A DNA stretch of 64,000 nt from a virus, in IMG/VR virus record IMGVR_UViG_3300030104_003613; one strand, written 5' to 3'. The notes beneath the pieces were generated by a model that saw nothing but the letters and a program-made list of their open reading frames with translations, was not told the DNA's origin and did not search any database. Made by a program: the position numbers and the translations under genes. Position 1 is the first letter of the stretch. Every line of letters starts with the position of its first letter. Shown piece after piece: positions 45,455-54,741 of this stretch.

Positions 45455-45527
45455 TGGGGATCGTGAGGATCGAACTCACCTTGAGCAAATTATGAGTTTG
45501 CTGCATTCACCAGATTGCTAGACCCCC
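45455..45527 (-). tRNA. tRNA with CAT anticodon (Ile2 or Met)
   Basis: Cloverleaf GGGGGTC...GCAAA-CTCATAA-TTTGC...TTCGAT...GATCCCCA; CCA not encoded beyond the discriminator. Confidence 0.9.
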
Positions 45528-45532
45528 TGATG

Positions 45533-45706
45533 TCAGGAGGCTTCGTTATTCTGTTCCAGATATAACTTCATAAATTCATCATCCGCTGGCACCATCACTG
45601 CCCTTTCACCTTTTTCGTTTTCCACACCTATTGTTTCACCATTCTCAACTCTATCCAAAAGAGTTTCCCAGTTCTTTTGCCAATGTTCCACGGAGTAAAA
45701 TTCCAT
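45533..45706 (-). CDS. small protein, possible Phd/YefM-like fold
   Basis: Manual translation MEFYSVEHWQKNWETLLDRVENGETIGVENEKGERAVMVPADD... Confidence 0.6.
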   Translation of the reverse strand: MEFYSVEHWQKNWETLLDRVENGETIGVENEKGERAVMVPADDEFMKLYLEQNNEAS

Positions 45707-45727
45707 AGTTAGTTTATGTATAATGAT

Positions 45728-45913
45728 TTAATTCCACAGTCCAATTACTCTGAACAATCCATCTGCGTAAAAGAAAAGAAGGACTGAACCTATAGAAGCA
45801 CTAATAACTGTGGCAGTTTTATTATGCTTATCGATAGCTTTATCAATCATATCTTGACACTGTTTTTCAGTGACAAGATGTTCGGGTTTGATCTTGGGCA
45901 TTCGGTGAGTCAT
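45728..45913 (-). CDS. small membrane protein
   Basis: MIDKAIDKHN followed by a hydrophobic C-terminus. Confidence 0.65.
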   Translation of the reverse strand: MTHRMPKIKPEHLVTEKQCQDMIDKAIDKHNKTATVISASIGSVLLFFYADGLFRVIGLWN

Positions 45914-46161
45914 TAGCGGACATCAAAGTCTAATTTACGAACTTTACGATGTCTTCTCTCCTCCTGATATGCCAGGTCTTGAGAAGTAAGGATTCCTTTT
46001 TGTTTGGTTTCCTTATTAGAATTTAGCATAATGATTAGGTTAAGATCAACTGCTGTGATGTTGTCTTCCCTTACTGTTAGCATGTTCGGACAACCGCAAC
46101 ATTGTGTTTTAGTTGAACTAACAATTTCCTTGCCACAGGATTTACATCTGATTTTAAGCAT
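45913..46161 (-). CDS. zinc-ribbon-like protein
   Basis: CKSC...CCGC motif. Confidence 0.7.
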   Translation of the reverse strand: MLKIRCKSCGKEIVSSTKTQCCGCPNMLTVREDNITAVDLNLIIMLNSNKETKQKGILTSQDLAYQEERRHRKVRKLDFDVR

Positions 46162-46186
46162 TGGAACATGGTCCTCCTATCAGGAA

Positions 46187-46258
46187 TGCTTGAAGAGGGG
46201 ATCGAACCCCCGACAACCTCGGTGTAAACGAGACGCTCTACCTCTGAGCTATTCAAGC
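46187..46258 (-). tRNA. tRNA-Val(TAC)
   Basis: Cloverleaf GCTTGAA...CTCG-TTTACAC-CGAG...TTCGAT...TTCAAGCA. Confidence 0.95.
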
Positions 46259-46261
46259 AAA

Positions 46262-46386
46262 ACACCGTTACTGGTGATCAGTCAGTAACGGGGACTCAAG
46301 GAGGATCCCACTCCTCTCTCACACGGGTTGGTTTTCCGATTCTTTTTTCTCTCGGAGATGTGAGCACGGATGTCGTCAATCCGTAT
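46262..46386 (-). ncRNA. candidate structured RNA between tRNA-Arg and tRNA-Val
   Basis: Five visible stems covering almost the whole spacer. Confidence 0.55.
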
Positions 46387-46387
46387 A

Positions 46388-46459
46388 CAGGTCCACTAGG
46401 AATCGAACCTAGAATAACTGCTTAGAAGGCAGTAGTTATATCCGTTTAACTATGGACCC
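46388..46459 (-). tRNA. tRNA-Arg(TCT)
   Basis: Cloverleaf GGGTCCA...ACTGC-CTTCTAA-GCAGT...TTCGAT...TGGACCTG. Confidence 0.95.
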
Positions 46460-46462
46460 AAA

Positions 46463-46526
46463 GGTGGTTCCTATCGCCGCTAACCCTGAACCACCAAGGG
46501 GGTCACCGCAGTGGTCTCTCAACCAC
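46463..46526 (-). ncRNA. candidate pseudoknotted RNA in the tRNA operon leader
   Basis: GUGGU/ACCAC hairpin; GGUGGUUC/GAACCACC stem whose loop pairs with upstream UGACCC. Confidence 0.5.
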
Positions 46527-46532
46527 TTTATT

Positions 46533-46561
46533 ATTGTAGCAGACCTGAACCAGATTGCCAA
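46533..46561 (-). promoter_or_regulatory. promoter of the tRNA operon
   Basis: TTGGCA-17 nt-TACAAT with an extended -10 TG. Confidence 0.65.
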
Positions 46562-46568
46562 CCCTGAT

Positions 46569-46967
46569 TCATGCCTGCCAATGATAGTGAAAGAAGTTGC
46601 CTCTTGGATCACACATCGGGTCTTCCGATGCTACGCGATATCCTAACATACTCTGTCCCTTGAAGTCAGTTCTATCTCCAATGATGCTGTATGCCTTGAG
46701 GAGGTTCTCTCTACCTGTATTTGAATTAAATCTATTCACCAAAGCGGTGGATGCTACAGGACGATGAAAATCAAAACCCTGATATTGTCCAGGAGCATAC
46801 ACTACATCAGCCACATTGTTAGGATAATAAGGTGACCGAACACGGTTAAGGATTGATGTTGCCACACAGAACTCATCCATAGTATTGGGCGCTGCTTCTA
46901 CCGACACTGCCCTTGCAAGATGATGATAGTCAAGTGGCGTCAATGCCAGGATCGTTTCCAAAATCAT
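46569..46967 (-). CDS. SleB/CwlJ-like cell wall hydrolase
   Basis: LARAVSVEA...VATSILNRVRSPYYPN...VVYAPGQY motif. Confidence 0.8.
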   Translation of the reverse strand: MILETILALTPLDYHHLARAVSVEAAPNTMDEFCVATSILNRVRSPYYPNNVADVVYAPGQYQGFDFHRPVASTALVNRFNSNTGRENLLKAYSIIGDRTDFKGQSMLGYRVASEDPMCDPRGNFFHYHWQA

Positions 46968-47415
46968 AATAGTCTTTCTTGTAGTACCGTCCTAGGACAT
47001 TGCTATTGTAGTAGAGGGGCGTCCCGTCTGTCAAGCTCTCTGTCAGGACGTTGTTCAGGAACAACTGACGGGTCTCCTCATAGTTTACTTTACCAGGAGT
47101 CTTGTGGAGACTCAGTATAGTCCTTCTAAAGGATTCCTTTCCGAATCTGGCAACATCTTCTTTAAGCTCTGGACAACTTCCATAGTAGTCGCGCCAGTCG
47201 CTCTCAGACGTAACTCTTCTCCGCTTAACAGTTTTATCTGAACATCTAGGCTTTCGTTTTTGCCAAAAATACTTTCGCCCAATGTATTGTCGTTCGTTCT
47301 GGAGATTGGTAATGTTATACACAAAGCCGTAAAAGTCCCGAACATCGCTCCCATTAAACACGGAGCCCATATATTTCCAAGGATTTGGGTACTCTTCTGA
47401 GTCATACGTTTCCAA
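46930..47415 (-). CDS. GIY-YIG family endonuclease
   Basis: GFVYNITN...YIGRK...YYGS motif. Confidence 0.8.
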   Translation of the reverse strand: METYDSEEYPNPWKYMGSVFNGSDVRDFYGFVYNITNLQNERQYIGRKYFWQKRKPRCSDKTVKRRRVTSESDWRDYYGSCPELKEDVARFGKESFRRTILSLHKTPGKVNYEETRQLFLNNVLTESLTDGTPLYYNSNVLGRYYKKDYYDFGNDPGIDAT

Positions 47416-47418
47416 TAA

Positions 47419-47568
47419 TCATTCTTCATATTCTTCAAATATGTAGTCGTCGAGTTGTTTTGCTTTTCTTTTTTGGGCATCACTAATCATTCCATACATC
47501 CAATCATTGGGATCACCATCGCCCTCAGCCCAAGGTGAATTGGAGGTGGGGGGGATGGTGGTCTTCAC
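47419..47568 (-). CDS. small hypothetical protein (start uncertain)
   Basis: Probable GTG start after nrdB. Confidence 0.45.
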   Translation of the reverse strand: MKTTIPPTSNSPWAEGDGDPNDWMYGMISDAQKRKAKQLDDYIFEEYEE

Positions 47569-47587
47569 TAAATCTTCACGTTCTTTC

Positions 47588-48781
47588 TTAAAGTTTAAAA
47601 CCAGCGAAAGAATCTTTCTTAACATCTTGCTTAATGCCACCGACAACATAAGATTCAACTTCAGTCTCTTGCGGCGCAACCTGTAGTCCTTTAGAGGAAA
47701 TCCAGTGTTGAGTCCAAGGCAAGGGATTGTTCTTGGCACTTACATCGTATATAGGCTTAAGTCCGATACCTTTCAATCTCCTGTTGGCAATCCATTCAAC
47801 ATAGTTTTTAAGCAGAGTGTCGTTCAGACCAATCATTGAACCGTTGCGGAACAGATAGTCTGCCCACTTCTTCTCTTCATTGACTGCCTTCTTAAACATC
47901 GCATACACCCACTCCTCTTCCTCTTTGGCAATCTTTGCCATTTCAGGATCATCACCACGCTTCCACTTACTCAAGATATTTTGAGTAATCGCTAGGTGTT
48001 GATTTTCATCTCTTGCGATGAGAGAGATGATTTTAGCTGATCCTTCCATAAGCTTAAGTTCACCGAAGGCGAAACTACAAGCAAAACTAACGTAGAACCT
48101 AATACCCTCAAGAATGTTAACGTTGGCAACTGCTCTGTAGAGTTTTCTTTTGACATCTTTACGAGTCCATTGTGCGGATGGTGAATCTCTAAAATCACTT
48201 TCCCACATTCTGCCAGTTCCCCAGTCTTGGGCGCAGTTGATAAAATCATCATAACTTTGAGTTACTGACTTTGCTCTTTCCAGAATCCTATCGTCGGTGA
48301 TGATTGTATCAAGCACCTCACAAGGATCAGAATAGATGTTCTTAATGATATATGTGTAGGAGCGACTATGGATCATCTCCATAAATCCCCACACTTCCAT
48401 ACACGCTTCCAGTTCAGGAAGTGAACAGTATGGAATGAATGCCATACCAGGACCACGACCCTGAACAGAATCTAACATGATCTGATACTTCAAGTTAGAA
48501 GTATAGATATGCTTCTGTTCTGGGCGCAGTGTATGGTAATCTGCTCTATCTTTTTGTAAGGAGACCTCCTCTGGTCTCCAGAAGTAACCCAACTGCTGCG
48601 TTGTGAGTCTTTCAAAAATTGGATACTTGTAGGAATCATATCTCTGAATTCCCAGGGGTTTACCGAAAAACATTGGTTGTTTTTTGGCATCATGGACTTC
48701 AGGATTGAAAACCGTCATCCCCTTCACTTTTTCATCAACTACATTATTCACTGAGCTAACCTTAAACTGCACAGGATTCAC
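47588..48781 (-). CDS. nrdB: ribonucleotide reductase class Ia beta subunit
   Basis: FWRPEEV, EMIHSRSY, EGIRFYVSF, DENQH and APQETE motifs. Confidence 0.97.
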   Translation of the reverse strand: MNPVQFKVSSVNNVVDEKVKGMTVFNPEVHDAKKQPMFFGKPLGIQRYDSYKYPIFERLTTQQLGYFWRPEEVSLQKDRADYHTLRPEQKHIYTSNLKYQIMLDSVQGRGPGMAFIPYCSLPELEACMEVWGFMEMIHSRSYTYIIKNIYSDPCEVLDTIITDDRILERAKSVTQSYDDFINCAQDWGTGRMWESDFRDSPSAQWTRKDVKRKLYRAVANVNILEGIRFYVSFACSFAFGELKLMEGSAKIISLIARDENQHLAITQNILSKWKRGDDPEMAKIAKEEEEWVYAMFKKAVNEEKKWADYLFRNGSMIGLNDTLLKNYVEWIANRRLKGIGLKPIYDVSAKNNPLPWTQHWISSKGLQVAPQETEVESYVVGGIKQDVKKDSFAGFKL

Positions 48782-51071
48782 ACTCTCCCTCCTCGGCTGT
48801 ACTTAATTCGTCTAATAAACTTGACAATTCTGACTTCTCTTCTTTCTCTTCCTCCACCTCATCTGTTTTGATGTCGTAGGTGTTCTGATAGTAAGAAGTC
48901 TTCCATCCATACTTATATGTAGTCAAGAGGTCATTTGCCATCTGTGAGACTGGCACCTCATTGTCTGGATAATGTTCGGGATTATACGACCAGTTTCCAG
49001 ATATGGCCTGATCGAAGAATTTCTGCATCACAGACACTACATTTATGTACCCCTCATTATCAGGCATCTCCCATAGAAGAGTGTAATTATTCTTCAAGGA
49101 AGCATACCCAGGAACAATCTGCTTAAGAGGCCCTTTCTTTGATTTCTTAATAGAGAGGTATCCTCTAGGAGGTTCGATTCCGTTGGTGGCGTTTGAGACG
49201 ACACTGCTGCTCTCTGACGGCATTTGTGCCGAGAGTGTGGAGTGTCGTAAACCGAACTCTGCGATAGAATTACGAAGGCCATCCCAATCATGTGCCAACT
49301 CCTGTGATGAAATTTCGTCTACATCTTTTTTGTATGTATCAATTGGCAATATACCATCAGCATACTTGGTGCGTCCAAAGTATTCACAATGTCCTTTCTC
49401 CTTGGCAATCTCATTAGAAGATTTCAGAAGATAGTATTGGAATGATTCAGACAGACCATGGACAGCATCCCATGCCTCTTGTGATCCATAATTGAATCCA
49501 AGTTTTGCCAAATAATGTGCCAGACCAATGAATCCTACACCGAGTGACCTTCTCGCCTTTGTAGCGATCTCTGCTGCCCTTACAGGATATTCCTGATAGT
49601 CAATTAGTTCCTCCAATCCACGCACTGACAAATCACAAAGATCTTCCAGTTCTTTATCAGATCTAACTTGACCCACATTCACAGCAGAGAGAATACACAG
49701 AGCAATCTCACCTGGCATTTCCTCATCAATATGATTAAGAGGATCTGTTGGCAGGGTAATCTCCTGACACAGATTAGACATGTTCACCTTGTCCTTGAAG
49801 GAGGAGTGTGAATTACAGTGGTCGATGTTCATAATATAGATACGACCAGTCTCTGCTCTTTCTTTCAATAAATCAAGAATGAGTTCCTGAGCTCCCACAG
49901 TCTTTCTTGGTACAGATTGATCTGTTTCGTAACTTGTATAAAGCTCATCGAACCTATCAGTACCAAAAGCATCATAGAGCCCAGGCACATCATGAGGACT
50001 GAATAAGGATACTTCTCCGTTCTGGATGAATCTTTCATAGAAGAGTTTGGAGAGTTGAATTGAGTAGTCAAGTTTCCTCACTCGATTATCTTCTGTCCCT
50101 TTGTTGTTCTTAAGAACAAGAATATCTTCTATCTCTTGATGCCAGATGGGGAAGTGGACGGTTGCTGATCCTCCACGAATCCCATTTTGCGTGCAGCATC
50201 GTACAGTTGATTCAAACTTTTTAAGGAAAGGAACAACGCCAGTGTGCTGAACTTCTCCGCCTCTGATTTTAGAGTTGATTCCACGGATGCGACCCGCGTT
50301 GATACCAATACCTGCCCTCTGTGCAACATAACGACCAATGGCCATATCACTAGTAAAAATGCTATCCAGGGTGTCGTCAACATCAACCAGAACACAGGAC
50401 GCAAACTGACGGAGGGGGGTACGAACTCCTGCCATGATTGGCGTTGGGATGTTGAGTCTGTGGCGCGAGATCGCGTCGTAGTACCGCTTGACATAGGACA
50501 TTCTCGTTGCTTTAGGATAGTCTCGGAAGATTGTCAACGCAATCATGATATACATGAATTGCGGTGTCTCGTATACCTCTCCAGTGCTTCTATCCTGTAC
50601 TAGATATTTATCCACAACCTGCCTCAAACCAGCATATGTGAACATAAAATCACGATCATGATCTACAAAGGTTTCTGCCTTGGCAATTTCTTCTTGTGAA
50701 TACTTGGCAAAGATATCTTTATCATACTGTCCATCATACGCTTTAGCAGTGATATGATCGATCAATGAGGGTAACTCCCTCATCTTCCCAAACAACTGCT
50801 TCCGAAGCGAAAATAGAAGCAGTCTAGCGGCAACGAACTGGTAGTTGGGATGATCCAAATCAATCAAGTCACTGGCACTTTTGATTAGAATTTCTTGAAT
50901 CTCTTTTGTTGTAATGCCATCGTAGAATTGAATACCAGATGTCATCTCAACTTGACTCGCAGATACTCCTGCGAGACCATCACATGCGTCTTGAACCATA
51001 AGATGCATCTTATCCAAGTCAAGAGACTCAATTCTCCCATCTCTCTTTTTAACTTTTGTTCCGTTGCTCAT
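48762..51071 (-). CDS. nrdA: ribonucleotide reductase class Ia alpha subunit
   Basis: ATP cone, PTPIMAG, SNLCQEI and C-terminal CESC. Confidence 0.97.
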   Translation of the reverse strand: MSNGTKVKKRDGRIESLDLDKMHLMVQDACDGLAGVSASQVEMTSGIQFYDGITTKEIQEILIKSASDLIDLDHPNYQFVAARLLLFSLRKQLFGKMRELPSLIDHITAKAYDGQYDKDIFAKYSQEEIAKAETFVDHDRDFMFTYAGLRQVVDKYLVQDRSTGEVYETPQFMYIMIALTIFRDYPKATRMSYVKRYYDAISRHRLNIPTPIMAGVRTPLRQFASCVLVDVDDTLDSIFTSDMAIGRYVAQRAGIGINAGRIRGINSKIRGGEVQHTGVVPFLKKFESTVRCCTQNGIRGGSATVHFPIWHQEIEDILVLKNNKGTEDNRVRKLDYSIQLSKLFYERFIQNGEVSLFSPHDVPGLYDAFGTDRFDELYTSYETDQSVPRKTVGAQELILDLLKERAETGRIYIMNIDHCNSHSSFKDKVNMSNLCQEITLPTDPLNHIDEEMPGEIALCILSAVNVGQVRSDKELEDLCDLSVRGLEELIDYQEYPVRAAEIATKARRSLGVGFIGLAHYLAKLGFNYGSQEAWDAVHGLSESFQYYLLKSSNEIAKEKGHCEYFGRTKYADGILPIDTYKKDVDEISSQELAHDWDGLRNSIAEFGLRHSTLSAQMPSESSSVVSNATNGIEPPRGYLSIKKSKKGPLKQIVPGYASLKNNYTLLWEMPDNEGYINVVSVMQKFFDQAISGNWSYNPEHYPDNEVPVSQMANDLLTTYKYGWKTSYYQNTYDIKTDEVEEEKEEKSELSSLLDELSTAEEGECESCAV

Positions 51072-52060
51072 GTTTTCTTCCAGGTGGTAAATTTTAACTT
51101 TGCTTGTAAACCCGAGTAGATGTTAGATTCTACGATATTCTTCACATCATGTCCAGCAAGGACCATATCATTCAGGTCTTTCTCTTTAATTTTAGACGGC
51201 CAGATGATTACCTTATCTCCTCTGTCGATTGTTTTGGAGATTCTATCACAGATCTCTCGGTTCCGAGGTTCATTATCATAAACCCAAATATAATCGCTCC
51301 AACCAAACGACCCAACATCAATGTCAGCCCCACACATGGCAATACTGTTTTCCACGAACGTGGAGTCGAAGGGTCCTTCGATGATGTAGATTGGTCGTTT
51401 GGTGTCAATTGAGTCGAGTCCATAGATTTTTGGTGCGTCATCGTCCAACATGACGGTTAAGTATTTAATGGGGTTCGTAGACAGTGCTCTGCCTTGAACT
51501 CCTACAAGTTTAGAATCCACAATGAGAGGAATAACAATCCTCTCTTCTCCATACTTCACGTCATCAAACATATCAGGTTTGATTGTGTTCACAAACTCCT
51601 TGAAGTTTTCAGCGTAATAAAACTTCCCATTGAAAATTGCCCTGGTTTCAAGATAGTTCCTTGAAATGGGCACGGAGAATGCGTCTGGAAGGTCTATGTT
51701 GACCTTCTTTTTGAATTTAGGTCTGGCACTGTCCACAGTGCGAAATACATCCACTTCATTTATTTCAGTGGAGGATCTTCCGTTCTTACCACCTTTGAAC
51801 TTCTCAAAGGTATAGTGCTTATGTGATTCAGGATCGACAGACTTTAAGAAGTTGCCGAACGAAACACTGACACCACAGTTGTGACACTTGAAGTTTGAGT
51901 TATTCTTTACCTGATAAAGATATCCTCTTGCTTTATTCTTCTGCTTTTGCGAATCACCACAGATGGGACAACGAAAGTTATAAAGATTTGGTTTGACCTT
52001 TTTGAATTTATCAAGTCTTGATGATATAAGATTGATGTATTTCACATCAATGTGATCCAT
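51068..52060 (-). CDS. gp61: DNA primase gp61
   Basis: CPICGDS...CHNC zinc finger, EGPFDS and DNEPRN motifs. Confidence 0.95.
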   Translation of the reverse strand: MDHIDVKYINLISSRLDKFKKVKPNLYNFRCPICGDSQKQKNKARGYLYQVKNNSNFKCHNCGVSVSFGNFLKSVDPESHKHYTFEKFKGGKNGRSSTEINEVDVFRTVDSARPKFKKKVNIDLPDAFSVPISRNYLETRAIFNGKFYYAENFKEFVNTIKPDMFDDVKYGEERIVIPLIVDSKLVGVQGRALSTNPIKYLTVMLDDDAPKIYGLDSIDTKRPIYIIEGPFDSTFVENSIAMCGADIDVGSFGWSDYIWVYDNEPRNREICDRISKTIDRGDKVIIWPSKIKEKDLNDMVLAGHDVKNIVESNIYSGLQAKLKFTTWKKT

Positions 52061-52063
52061 GTG

Positions 52064-52450
52064 TCAACCTTTCACATAACTACTCATGATTCTAGACTGT
52101 GTTTGTGGTTGTGTCAATAGGTTGGTTACCATCCCGGCATTGTTCATGACAAAAGATGCGACGACCACACCACCGATGGCCATCCACACCCTCTTCTCTA
52201 ATTGACGTATTCTTTGATCGATGCGGTCATTATCCCCGTCAATTTTATCACGGAGTTTGTCAACTTTAGCAAACAGTATTGAGTCAACCTCTTCTTGCTT
52301 TGAAATTCGCTCTTCATGAATCGCGAGCATTCTACTAACTGTTGTATTTACCTCAGATAGTTTTTCAATAGCAGCATCGATACGGAGGACAATTGGTTTC
52401 AAGTCCTCTAACTTTTGTTCTAATACAGCAATCTTAACTTGATCTTCCAT
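52064..52450 (-). CDS. coiled-coil protein with a C-terminal TM helix
   Basis: MLAIHEERI...LEKRVWMAIGG. Confidence 0.75.
   Translation of the reverse strand: MEDQVKIAVLEQKLEDLKPIVLRIDAAIEKLSEVNTTVSRMLAIHEERISKQEEVDSILFAKVDKLRDKIDGDNDRIDQRIRQLEKRVWMAIGGVVVASFVMNNAGMVTNLLTQPQTQSRIMSSYVKG
52089..52117 (-). promoter_or_regulatory. sigma70-like promoter for primase-nrdAB, inside the upstream CDS
   Basis: TTGACA-17 nt-TAGAAT. Confidence 0.7.
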
Positions 52451-52745
52451 CTTGTGGTTTGAAGTAAGGATTGAAATCCATTGCTTTCTTTTTTGCCTTT
52501 CTATCTGCTCTCTTGTCTCTTCTATCCATCAAGTCCTTTATTGCTTTCTTTACATACTTGTTACGACCATCAAACTTAAGGGTTGAATCATAACCAGCAG
52601 TAGGGCCACGGTCAGGGGAGGAATTACTAAATCCACCAGATCCCCCAGGAGGATTTGCCACCATGCCTTCCTCAGAGACACTGAATTCATGATACATTGC
52701 TGTACGAAATGCGTCAACAAACTTGTCAATTTTTGATTTCTCCAT
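52434..52745 (-). CDS. hypothetical protein (possible head protein)
   Basis: SEE followed by GMVAN...GPTAGYD. Confidence 0.65.
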   Translation of the reverse strand: MEKSKIDKFVDAFRTAMYHEFSVSEEGMVANPPGGSGGFSNSSPDRGPTAGYDSTLKFDGRNKYVKKAIKDLMDRRDKRADRKAKKKAMDFNPYFKPQDGRSS

Positions 52746-53118
52746 TGGTCATCCTTTCTAATTGTTGTTGTATCACCTGATCGCATTCAATTTCATGAAT
52801 ATAAGTATGGGGGTACTCAGGAAGACGATTCAAGAATACAACAAATGTTTTTACATAAGACCAAAGATCTTTTTCAATTTTGAAAAAGAGCATAGGTGTA
52901 GCAGCATTACCAAAGATATTATAGAGGATGATGAAGTGATTAATCAAGAGATGAAGTTTGAGTTCATTGCTTGATTTATATCGTTTCAACAACCTCTTAA
53001 TGTATCGAAAATGATTAAGGTCTTTATCGAAATCTTCTTTTGTTACTGCTTGAGGATTTTCATAATGTTTAATAGCAAATAGAAGGAAATTCCTCTCGGT
53101 CAATTCATCAAATCTCAT
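52726..53118 (-). CDS. conserved T4-like phage hypothetical protein
   Basis: FLLFAIKHYENPQ...LLINHFIILYNIFG motif. Confidence 0.8.
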   Translation of the reverse strand: MRFDELTERNFLLFAIKHYENPQAVTKEDFDKDLNHFRYIKRLLKRYKSSNELKLHLLINHFIILYNIFGNAATPMLFFKIEKDLWSYVKTFVVFLNRLPEYPHTYIHEIECDQVIQQQLERMTNGEIKN

Positions 53119-53121
53119 TTA

Positions 53122-54117
53122 TCATGCGGGGGGATAGAGGGGAGTGTTACCTGTTACGATGCCAACGCCAGCAACAAGAACCTCACTCTTAACTCTAAGA
53201 TTGCCGTGGTTGTCATTGTAAGTTGTAACTCCGACCCAACCAGAGTGTGCTACGGCATATTGACCGCCCTGTGCGTTAGCAGTAGCGGTTGTTCCAACAC
53301 CATAAGCATACTTGTCATAACCTGACATGTAGCGACCGAAAGCAAGATCTGCTCCCTGTGCTTTTGCGTTGGAGATGGTGCTTGCCAGTGATACAAAGTA
53401 AGCACTAGCGAGATCAAACACAGATCCTACACCTGCTGCCTTGGTAAGAGCGTTGGTGAAGGTAACGGAGGTAGATGAAGTTGAAACTACCTGACCCAAA
53501 TCTTGTCCGTAGAAAGAACCCGATCCAAACTCAGGACCAAACGCTGGTGTAAGTGTGGTATCGAAGAATGCTGTGAAGAATCCAACAGGAGAAATGTTAT
53601 TTGCTGCAATCGAACCAGTTCCAAGTCCGGCGACAAGTCTCTTGGTAGCGCCATCTAGATAGAAGTCACCAGGTGCGATATGTGCGTCTTGTAGGAAACC
53701 AGCGAATGTAGGAAGGATGCTCGATCCCGCTGCTACACCAGATGGTGACTGGACGTTTACAGTTAAGATGGTCTTGAATGAAGGAGCCTCTTTGTTGTAG
53801 AGAGGATTCTCACTAAACGAAGGATCAACTACGGTATACTTAGGAAGTTGTGAAACTTGGAAAGTAGTAGCAGCAACTGCTACGCCACTTAATCCAATAG
53901 TAGAACCAATAGTCAAAGATTCACTGTTGGCAATACTAATGATGACAGCATCACCATAGTAAGTTCCTGCTCTATCACCAAATCTAATTACATCGCCTTC
54001 GGAACATCCACCTGCGATACCAAACGAGGTGCCTGCACCAGTAACGACTCCGGTGGAGTAATTTAGGAGGACGGTTCCGGCTGCCCCCACATTATCTTTA
54101 TTGCCCCAAAGTGCCAT
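53122..54117 (-). CDS. virion structural protein
   Basis: MALWGNKD N-terminus, HSGWVG...RVKSEVLVA C-terminus; late promoter upstream. Confidence 0.75.
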   Translation of the reverse strand: MALWGNKDNVGAAGTVLLNYSTGVVTGAGTSFGIAGGCSEGDVIRFGDRAGTYYGDAVIISIANSESLTIGSTIGLSGVAVAATTFQVSQLPKYTVVDPSFSENPLYNKEAPSFKTILTVNVQSPSGVAAGSSILPTFAGFLQDAHIAPGDFYLDGATKRLVAGLGTGSIAANNISPVGFFTAFFDTTLTPAFGPEFGSGSFYGQDLGQVVSTSSTSVTFTNALTKAAGVGSVFDLASAYFVSLASTISNAKAQGADLAFGRYMSGYDKYAYGVGTTATANAQGGQYAVAHSGWVGVTTYNDNHGNLRVKSEVLVAGVGIVTGNTPLYPPA

Positions 54118-54150
54118 GTCTTTGCCCTTGTAAAATTACTTTGCTTCAAA

Positions 54151-54158
54151 TATTTATA
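54151..54158 (-). promoter_or_regulatory. late promoter TATAAATA
   Basis: Exact match directly after a terminator hairpin (54158-54183). Confidence 0.75.
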
Positions 54159-54188
54159 AAAATAGGAGACCGTCAGGTCTCCCAAGAA

Positions 54189-54392
54189 TCACTCTTCATC
54201 TCTTGCTTTAATTGCTTTTGTAACAACTTCAAGCAGTTGATCATCCATATCAGTCTTGGTCAACTTAACTGCTTTAGCAAGAATAACAAGACAAATCTCA
54301 ACCATTTTCTCACCCAGTTCTTCATTCTCTGGAATTTTGTTAATAGCATCTGTGATAATTTTAGACGCCAGGGGAAGTAGGAATGAAAGCAT
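54189..54392 (-). CDS. conserved small hypothetical protein
   Basis: LLPLASKII...TKTDMDDQLL. Confidence 0.75.
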   Translation of the reverse strand: MLSFLLPLASKIITDAINKIPENEELGEKMVEICLVILAKAVKLTKTDMDDQLLEVVTKAIKARDEE

Positions 54393-54423
54393 GACTACAT
54401 TAGCAAGGTAATGTATATATGCT

Positions 54424-54741
54424 TTAAACTCTATTTTGTGTCTCTAGCATAAAGTCTGTGAACTTTTTCTTGCTAGATTCATCCATTCTATTTACGAAAG
54501 CCTTTGAAGCAGCGACTTGTGCGTCAATAGATGGACCGTCTCCCATGTTGTTTGAGAGAGATACTTTCATCACAGGATATACTGAAGAGAAAGTATTGTA
54601 TCTATTCTGACCAGGTTCGGCATCAGTCTGAAAGTCTTGCGACAATAGATCATCATCACCTTTAAATAGTCTCTTATCGAAACCAGCAAAAGGTCCAGAG
54701 GCAGATGCCGCATTAGTAAATGCCCCGTTACCTCCTCTCAT
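54424..54741 (-). CDS. hypothetical protein
   Basis: ORF coupled by an ATGA overlap. Confidence 0.65.
   Translation of the reverse strand: MRGGNGAFTNAASASGPFAGFDKRLFKGDDDLLSQDFQTDAEPGQNRYNTFSSVYPVMKVSLSNNMGDGPSIDAQVAASKAFVNRMDESSKKKFTDFMLETQNRV

Noticed and set aside
45425-46390. HDV-like theta ribozymes at tRNA 3' ends, or suppressor tRNAs
   Set aside because: The 3' trailers do not show the nested P1-P2-P3 pattern, no anticodon reads a stop codon, and genes translate normally with the standard code
47588-51071. Inteins or introns in nrdA/nrdB
   Set aside because: Both genes are of normal length with no insertion
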